The notes under the pieces: model-generated
Seen by the model: the letters and a program-made list of their open reading frames with translations, nothing else
The model's database searches: none
What the model was told of the DNA's origin: nothing
Part shown: in pieces, positions 49,420-64,000 of the stretch
How the letters are laid out: each line of letters opens with the position of its first letter
Numbering within the stretch: the stretch's first letter is position 1
Program-made: the position numbers and the translations under genes
From: Raillietiella orientalis
Taxonomy: Eukaryota
Direction: 5' to 3'
Length of the DNA stretch: 64,000 nt
Assembly (NCBI GenBank): GCA_036172245.1
Contig: JAYWIR010000002.1
Coordinates: 2,480,001-2,544,000 of the forward strand

Positions 49420-49680
49420 TGTGCACACGGAATCCTTAAATACACGTATATGTATATTGTGTGTAGGGAAGTAAAGGCAGATTTGTCACACAACCTTTAT
49501 ACACACGAAACATGTACTCTTTGTACACGCGAACGCAAACAACCTACTTTCTGTAAGCTTATTCGATGTGCACGCACACACACTCGTATACAGCGCGTAT
49601 GCGGACATGCGTGTGTACGCACATGAATGCGTACACACACTCGCATGCATACACACACATATATACGTGTACATCCATCA
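49420..49680. repeat. Alternating purine-pyrimidine (CA/TA/TG/CG) low-complexity tract
   Basis: For example gcacgcacacacactcgtatacagcgcgtatgc and gcatgcatacacacacatatatacgtgtacat. Confidence 0.75.
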
Positions 49681-49849
49681 CGTCCAGCCACAGCATTTCT
49701 AATTTGTCCCGAAAGCCGTGCACCAATGCTGACTGATTGACGCAGTGCGTCGAATATGCTGAGCATGCATATGGAAGTGTTTGTTTTCATGGTTAAAGTG
49801 CATTAATCCTTATGATTGTGTTGGTGTTGTAAACACTCACAGGGGCTGT

Positions 49850-50210
49850 TGAAGTACGGTCGAAACGTGCGTGAAGATTGGTTTGTCCATTTAGGTACCG
49901 TTTTTAACGAACCAATGGTGTTTATCGAAATAATCAGGAAAGAGTGTGCGGCTATAATTGATTACAGAATGTATTATTTTATCGACGTTTGATTCACTGC
50001 ATCATAAGTGGGTATGAATCGAGATGGTGAATTTCATAGAGTAACACTAAGCTGTGATTGTTGTGTGTTCTGTGGATTACGAAATTTAGAACTCTGGGCC
50101 CGTGCCTCGGATGAAAGCACGTACGTGACATGAGAGTAGTGGTGGTATACTACGGTTGTACAGTGTATGTAAAAACGGTCGATAAATCGTGAATACCACG
50201 AACGTTGTTT
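49850..50210 (+). promoter_or_regulatory. Probable promoter/5' region of the kinase gene
   Basis: CpG-retaining AT-rich stretch just upstream of a CpG-poor gene body. It contains several TATCGA/TCGATA (DRE-like) words near 49923, 49980 and 50179. TSS not determinable. Confidence 0.35.
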
Positions 50211-50419
50211 GTTTTTGCATAGAGTTGATTTGTTTTGTTCCAGTTTGTCAGAACATGAAGCCATTCACTTGCTAAATGAAACTAATCTGCTGGCATGGCT
50301 TTCATGTTTCATGCTTTCATCTTTGACAAAGTACCCCTGTAGAGTTGAGTTCACATGACATTTCATGTTGCCGTGTATATTATAACTTGGAATGGTAGTT
50401 TATTGCAGTTAAGCTCAAC

Positions 50420-56703
<6,284 letters not shown>

Positions 56704-56715
56704 TCAGGATAATTG

Positions 56716-56721
56716 AATAAA
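56716..56721 (+). terminator. Canonical polyadenylation signal of the kinase gene
   Basis: AATAAA 12 nt after the TAG stop. Confidence 0.6.
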
Positions 56722-56745
56722 GGCATTCCACTTTGTAAAAATATT

Positions 56746-59700
56746 TCATTTGATCTCCCAAAAATATATACCTATGGAAAACAACAGCATAAGTATTCCC
56801 AAGACTGCTTGCCATCTGCTTTTAATCATGAGTGAAGTACTCCATGTATTAGAAACAAGTATTTCTTCTTGATCACAAGTTTGTTCCTCAAGAATAAAGC
56901 TTGCAGGATCTGCAGAGCAACATGCTGATATTTATACCAAATACAACCTGCAAAACTCTCATGTGCTGACTCAATGTGCTCAGGATCCACAGAAATTCCT
57001 AATATGGATTGTACAGTATTGGCACAATCTTGCAGACATTCTCCAGGGAATAGATAGGCACTGAGACACAGAGGATGACCACAAGCCATTGGTAGTAATA
57101 CACGGCGAGGTAATTCATGCACCAAAACTGAATCTGTTTAAAATGCAAGAAAATAGCATATCAAAAAACGTACCTTGTTGTTCTTCATCAATAACAGCAT
57201 CACAGTGTAAACGAACACGTGCAAACAAGTTTCGCTGCAAATCTTCTAACACAGCCTGACAATATTTTGCAAGAATTGCAAAGTCTGGCTATCTACCTGT
57301 ACAGCATCAGCTACAGTTGATTTTTCTTCAATAAATGCAATGCAATAAATAGTTCCCTGCATTAACATGGTGGCTGCCCCTTTAAACATTTGGAATGCTG
57401 GACCTTGCAAAATATCCTAAAACGCAATGTCACAGCTTCCGCATGCTATTACGTTTTGAAGAAGTTCAACATAAAGTTCCTTCTTTTTATGGCCAAATTC
57501 TGCATTTAAAGATTCATGAGCTTCTCTAAGTTGATTATCAATTAAAACAGGAATTGTCTTTATGGATCCAATGATCTCTTGCAGAATAGCCTAGGTGTAG
57601 AAAGTTTTACTTTAACTTAAAAACGGTATTATTACTTGAATTTGCTTCAGCAAACTTTGTGAAGCCTTATCCTCAGGTATTGGAAGTACATGATTGAGGT
57701 GCACATGACTTGTTAACTTGACACAACGAAACATGCCTTTACATACTCGATTCTCAATTGGCTTAATACTAGCTAGTACATTTCTTCCATCAATCAAATA
57801 AGAAACAACTCTAAAAGACACAATTCACCACTACGTCATCAATGCCTCACTTTTGTGTGTGCTTGCACACCAGACATATGGTCTTCCCCATATTTTGCAA
57901 GCATAATTCGTAGGTATGTAATTTTTTATTTAGGCGAATGATAAGGGACTTTAATTTATTCAAAATCACAGCAGACTGAAGTTCATTTAAATCACCTACG
58001 ACAAAACATCCTATTAATGATATTCCTCCAGGAAGAAGCTGCATGATCTGAAAATATGTAACTTCTGTAATCTAATTTGAGAGAACACAAGCACATGCAA
58101 TTACATTTTTTAAATGTTAAGTATTAACTGATCAAATTAAAACTTTAACACAATAACTGGTGTTGAACAATAAATGTTTGGTGTTTGGACAATCTGTTAT
58201 TGAAGTATATTTCATATAACCATTTGTTCTCTGTTTTTAAACACAAATTAAAGTGCACAAGAACTGACTAAATGTGCTAAAGTGATCACCTCACTCAAAC
58301 AACTGTATTAGACTTATGACAGAAGCTATCTTGATTATTCTAATAGTTATCTGTTTAAAACTTTGCTATACATCATCTTTCATCTGGTTTCTTTACAATT
58401 TACAGCAAAAGCTAATTCCAAGAAGAAATAAAAAAGCAACAGACTCTGTGCATTCAACATAATATTTAATCAGGCTGGGAAAAACTAACAAATGAAAATA
58501 AATAAAGCAAAGCAAATACTTCCAAAATGCATAGAAAAAAAAAAAAAAATTAGTCGAATTCTGAATTGAAAGATCTTTATAAACGCTCTGATCAAAAATC
58601 AAGCAATATTGGAGTTCAGAAAGTGCTTATTTGATTTTAAATTAAAATGTAATATTAAACTGCATGATTTTTATTGAAACATAAGGTTAAAAGTGCCAAA
58701 ACGTGACTCACTAAAAATAAATTACTAGTTTCATTAAGTGACTTAAAACAATCTTGACAGGTACATCACCCCTAGAGCAAAAGTTATAGAATTATGATCT
58801 CCAGCTTCAATTTAAAAAGATCCTAATTTCTTCAAAAATTAAGATAGTACGCCTCAGCAAAGACAGCAGATCGATGATGGCTAATTCACAGGGTAAAAAG
58901 TATAGTCATCACTAGACAATTAACAGAACAATGTTTCTAGAGCTTTTTATACACAGTTATTGTTAATATACAGCAGGCCAACAACTTATTTCTCAATTAA
59001 TGTGACAGATTTCCATTAGGATCCGAAAATTCGAAGGAAATTAAACACTTTAGATGCCAAGAATGTTTCAAGAAAGAACTTTTACAAGAACTCCTAAATA
59101 AAAAAATATCAAAGTACCAAATGTATGTTAAAGTGCTGATGAAAAACACTTCAAGAATCTACTGAAAAGCTAAACAAAGACTAGAAACAGTTAAGAGAAG
59201 ACAAAAGGTAACTTTTTGATAGTCTTTGCAAAAATTTGATGCCAAAATTCAACACATGATGACCAAATTACAAAATTTGATATATATTTGATATACACAC
59301 TTGAAGAACAAAAAAAATGAGCCAACTTTGACTTTACGAGAATTCATCATCAAAAAAAACTATTAGTTGCCCTTACTGTATTTTCAAAAAACATCCTGAT
59401 TACAAGGATGTTGCAAATTACGAGAAAGTCATATTGGAATCTCACAACATATTTACACTATGAATAATGTAATTTACTTGCAATGCATGGTTGATATGGT
59501 AGGCTTCATCTACATCGTTTACAGTTGGAATGAAAGACTTTTTCACAAATTCAATATCCTGAGTTCCAACATATTTGTCATCTGATGGGTCTGATGACTG
59601 AGTTTTACAGGTAAGAAGAACAACTGGTTTTTCCACATGAGCCTATAACAGTTTTGAGTTGAGTACAAGCTGTTCATGTTAAAAAACTTGCAATTCAAAA

Positions 59701-60210
59701 GCAATCGTAGACATATATAGTGAGAAATTTGTTTCGAAATGTTCAAACAGCAAATCCTTTTGAAAATTCCCATACCATACTCACGCCGACAGATGTAAAT
59801 TAAAAGTGAGGCACCCCTATGTGATGCAAGTAACAGATGCTGAATTATACGTTGTATAGACAAACAATGGGAAAAATCGTTGCATGCAACAAGTAAATAA
59901 TATATCAAAAAACGAAATACGATAAACACAGCAACCAAAGTACCAATAGAATAAAACAAAATTAGATAGATACAATAACTTAGGTGTCTTTAAACTTCAT
60001 GTTTATATCAACTTATGATCATCAACACTTACATTTCATTAAAAATAATTTTGACCAGCACCCAGAAAGAATGTTCGCGCAAAATCATATCGGGAAATCA
60101 CACTGCAACATACTTACTGTTCCGATTAGGAATCCCGTAACAAAACTAAATCCATCAGCATAATTACGGAAATCTTCTGAAATGCTTTTCAAAAAATAAA
60201 CAGTATTCAT
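56746..60210 (-). CDS. ODR4: ODR-4 homologue (tail-anchored ER GPCR-localisation factor), about 439 aa, 9 coding exons
   Basis: Exons (minus): 60210-60118, 59642-59478, 58047-57851, 57810-57636, 57590-57453, 57416-57297, 57255-57174, 57133-56948, 56909-56746 (1320 nt, phases consistent). Motifs: FVTGFLIG, DEAYHINHALQIMQLLPGGISLIGCFV, AVLEDLQRNLFARVRLHCD, VHELPRRV..LSAYLFPGE. C-terminal TM: AVLGILMLLFSIGIYFW. Confidence 0.9.
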
Positions 60211-62249
60211 CTCTGGAATGGATACACAAGGGGCATAGTGTGAATGGATAAAACTACATATGCTATTTCATTTCTTTCGTTTTTTATTTTCAGAGTTCTT
60301 ACTTTGGGGTATCTTTCTACCCTTGCATTGAAACTCCGAATCTTAACTTTACTGCTGTTTAACTCTCAAAACTAATATAACAAAGATTAATATACAATTT
60401 TCCCCAAAAACAGTTAAATTAAAAAATTGCCGCAATCTTCTACAACATATATCAGAACCCTAACTTTACAAGTTTGCCCAACTTCGTTATTTTACCACAA
60501 ACGATTTGCGAACATTGATACTTTCGATATTCAATGATACCAGATAAACATATCAACAAATACCATAATCATACATTTGGTTGTATTAAACAACCAAATC
60601 TATGATGCATACCTTCAGTACAGTAGATCTCACAAGTCTCACCTGCATAGACTTCCTTTTCTGTTTTCTTGGTTTATACATTTGCTTCATTTCTCGTGTT
60701 TTGAGGAACTCTGAAGCAATAAACGTTTCAAAGTCATCCCAAAAGTAAGGACTTTACTACGTGCCAGTCTTTGTTTACTGAAAATCACTGAATGAACTCA
60801 TGCGCATAATGAAACTGAATGATCTAAGAAATGAGATAAGGATTTTCCATCAAAATTTATGTTTTGTAAGAATTTGTTCAATATGCGACTAAGATCCACT
60901 TTAATGGAGACGCCTTTTAAGCAGATGAACTCAATGAATTCAAAGCAAAAACTTCTTTAGAAGTAACTGAAATGTGCCGCGACAAACTGCAATTGATTCA
61001 ATTGTATTTATACTTGGAGTATTTGCTGATTGGTTATTTATTTGAGTACCTTATATAAGTGTATGCATGTTGTCTTTGGAACAGAGCTTTTAAAGAATCT
61101 AAAAGAAAACATTTGATGACTAAATTAAGCGAGAAAATCAACCGAACATTGATTTCGGTATTCAATAGAAGTCATTAATGAAAACCTCATTTCAACGATA
61201 GCATCTTTGATAACTATCTCATGAGATTCTAATGCAGTAATCATATTTTTCATAGCAGTAATGGAAAACAAATATTGACTACCAGCAAAATGAGTAGGCA
61301 GAGTTAACAACTTCCTGGAAATGGCGTATTCCTAGTTGTCTGAGTAAACGATCAAGGTTTGTGCTTTGTTGCATTTCTAAATGAGCTAAATAAATTACAC
61401 AAGTACACTGTAGTAAGCAAAGTTTAACGTGACATGAAAATGAATTATTCATTCAAAATTTTTCGAATCGACATATCAGTGAAAATGGGAATGTTAACAA
61501 GTCATTTCACATTGTGACAAGAAGGGTAAAGAACTAAAGAACTGGAATGTCAAGATCGCGAACCAAACATCAGAGTGACAAAGCAAGATTTATTCGAAGT
61601 GTTTAATGTGCATCTGTTGCGAGTTGCGAAACTAGATTTGTAATTTTGCCCAAGTATGACAAAAGCAAGAACAGAAAACGTGCGAAAGTTTCACGAGTTA
61701 GCTGCAACAAAAAAACACATGAATACAAAAGAAATATGGGAGGAATTTATTAAAATTGAATATATTTCTCTTAATTACTAAAGGAGAATATCTGTTCTCC
61801 CTCGCCCGCATCCTCTTCCTTCTCCCAAAAGGATAAAAAAAAAAAATGAACTCTTGGCAACTTTGTGGGGTTGCTTTAATTTTCTATCACGACCACTGCT
61901 GGAAATAGTAAATAATTTTAAAAAGAGATAGACCGTGATTGGTGAGAAGAATTCGTTCAATGAATTGGTCTCATTATTCGAGTTTGCACTATCGGAACAT
62001 ATAATTATATGTATAGTATGGTTGGTTCCGGCCTAATAGAAATAGGCAACGAAAACTTTTAAAGGTTTCATATATTTGTTAAGGAAATATCAAAACGAAA
62101 AATTAAAAATATCTACTCAAAATCTAAATCTGTTGCTAACAAATTCAAAGAATAGCTATGGAGAGCAAAATAAAAGCACACAAAAAATTCAAATATCATC
62201 CGTGGAAACAACCTTACATCTTCAACATTTATACTCCGAAAAGCTACTT

Positions 62250-62600
62250 TTCAAAATACTTTAGCAAATTAGATTGAACTCTTAGTGTTCTTCGAATTTC
62301 ATACATCTGTGTGTAGAATGTCTTATTCGTGTGTAGGTGAATTCTCATGCTTCGATCGAGGTTAATATCCGTATCCTTGATTGTTTGCTTTACAAATTCT
62401 ACAGCCTGGAAGATGTCTTGAAATTCTTTGGGGGCTAACTCCTTCACTTGCACCGTTATCACATTCTTTGGCGTTATTGTCGGCTTCTTCAAATGCTCTT
62501 CGTTGATCTAAAAGCAGATCAGCAACCAATTCTTCCAAATGTGAATCGAGCAGTTCTTTCATTTTCTAATTCATCAAGTCCAGGTGTTCTTTTTATATTT
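62250..62600 (-). mobile_element. Tigger (pogo/TIGD1-like) transposase C-terminal relic
   Basis: Frameshifted MKELLDSHLEEL..LDQRRAFEE and KELAPKEFQDIFQAVEFVKQTIKDTDINLDRSMRI resemble the Tigger C-terminus (ELLxSH.EEL..DPNxERS). Confidence 0.55.
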
Positions 62601-63610
62601 TCTATTTCTTCTATAACAGTTTTTTCCTCGAAATGACTATTACCTGTGCAGTGGCACAAAATGCGCTTTCATACTCCGCGCACTCTAGCGGACATGTTCT
62701 GTTGCACCTCTGAAATAATTTCTCCAGAGTTTAAAGAAGTAGCATATTTCCTGGAGTTTTAGCAATTGCTTGTTCAAATGTTTCTCTTATGTAAACTAGA
62801 ACTCTGACGTCTAAAACTCAAGCGGGAACCCTGCAATCCTTGCTTCCCAAGCACTAGCCTACAGTAACTGAATTTTGGTTTGGATTCAACATGATCTGTA
62901 TTCTTAAAAGAAAAAAATATGCACCATACGGAATTCGCACTATTCGTGTTCTGCCGAAATAGCTAGACAACTTACAAAGTGTCTTTATTAAATGCCTAAT
63001 CATCGTTATTCTACAAAAAAATAAATCCCAATCAAAGCGAAGGGTCACCTCGGAAAACCATGTCCCTGTTATTTGTGTGTGAATTTTACAAGTTTCCAGA
63101 CTCTACATGCATTAGAGTGACAAAGCATTCGAAGAGTTTAAGTGCCCATAAAGGATTAGCTTTGAACTTCGAAATGCGCAGCTTTCGTTTTGCTGGTAAG
63201 TGGATCAGGATTTTTTTTTGCTGCAGCTGCATACGTTTTCTGTGCACAAAGAATGCAAGGAACCCCGTAATATTTGCTTTTACAAGTTTCCTTAGCAAGA
63301 TCCGCAATCACTTAGGAGTCAACGATTTGAAGGGGTTGTAATAGATGCTTTGGTTATTTCGTGAGTGCAACTGAATCCACTGTCCTGAGGGTGTACAGAT
63401 TTCAGCATATACCGCTTGTTTTCACAGGCCGAAGGCTATTTCCCAAACTTTTCTACAGTATGAAAGTAAAGACTCTAAAAATCAAAGTACCAGTTAATTT
63501 CAATTGGGAAGTCCTTATCAAACGGAGAACTAGTCAGAACACTCACAGTTTACTTGTGTTTTTCTAATGCACCCGTGAAACAGAGCCAGTCTTTGCTAGC
63601 TACTAGGTAG

Positions 63611-64000
63611 CCCCAGGAACTCCTCCTGAAGCTCCTGGAACGCTTGGGATTCCCGGCCGTCTTCCTGGCCTACCTGCGCTCCTGCTGGTGCTTCACGATG
63701 ATAAACATCACTTTCAGAGGCCGGAACGTGTACGGCGTGCCGGTTCGGCGTGGCATCCGGCAGGGTGACAGCCTGAGACCCTTGCTCTTCAGCATCTACT
63801 TCGAGTTGGTGCTGAGGGAATACAGGGAGACTCTGGCAACCCTTCCGAGCTCGTGTCCGGGTACGCCTGTCGTGTCGGCCTATGCCGACGACCTTCTGCT
63901 CCTGCTCCCCGGGTCCACCCCGGCGTCGGCGCTCGAAGACTTCTTTGAGCTGCTGCGCCGCGGGACGGGCCTCGAGGTGAACAGAGAGAAATCAATGATT
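63611..64000 (+). mobile_element. Non-LTR (LINE, probably L1/Tx1-like) reverse transcriptase, apparently 5'-truncated, running off the window
   Basis: Open frame LLKLLERLGFP..RRGIRQGDSLRPLLFSIYFE..SAYADDLLL..GLEVNREKS (RT domains 4-6). Abrupt GC rise relative to the flank. Confidence 0.92.

Noticed and set aside
60213-61400. Possible extra small gene upstream of ODR4
   Set aside because: Splice-like sites exist (probably ODR4 5' UTR exons, acceptor 2 nt before the ATG), but all frames are interrupted by stops and show no recognisable homology.

Overview
Eukaryotic (invertebrate, most likely arthropod or other ecdysozoan) genomic DNA with spliceosomal introns. Most of the supplied ORF track is spurious. 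Three intact genes were reconstructed exon by exon. (1) A knickkopf/Skeletor-family gene (2x DM13 + DOMON + C-terminal domain, GPI-like tail; +, about 21.9-40.9 kb) in a GC/CpG-rich domain. (2) A Numb-associated kinase (AAK1/BMP2K/Nak; +, 50420-56703). (3) An ODR-4 homologue (-, 56746-60210). The last two are convergent, only 42 nt apart, AT-rich, CpG-poor and carry 36-51 nt introns. Mobile DNA includes an internally deleted mariner with both TIRs, weak Gypsy, Tc1, pogo/Tigger and APE relics, and a young-looking LINE RT at the right edge. The most interesting unexplained feature is a roughly 3.7 kb frameshifted, intronless minus-strand sequence (about 43.4-47.15 kb). It carries ordered, plausibly spaced remnants of a bunyavirus-type L polymerase (endonuclease, RdRp motifs F, A, B, C, D/E), making it a candidate endogenous viral element lying across the GC-to-AT transition. 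All homology calls come from manual translation and motif recognition; no search was run.
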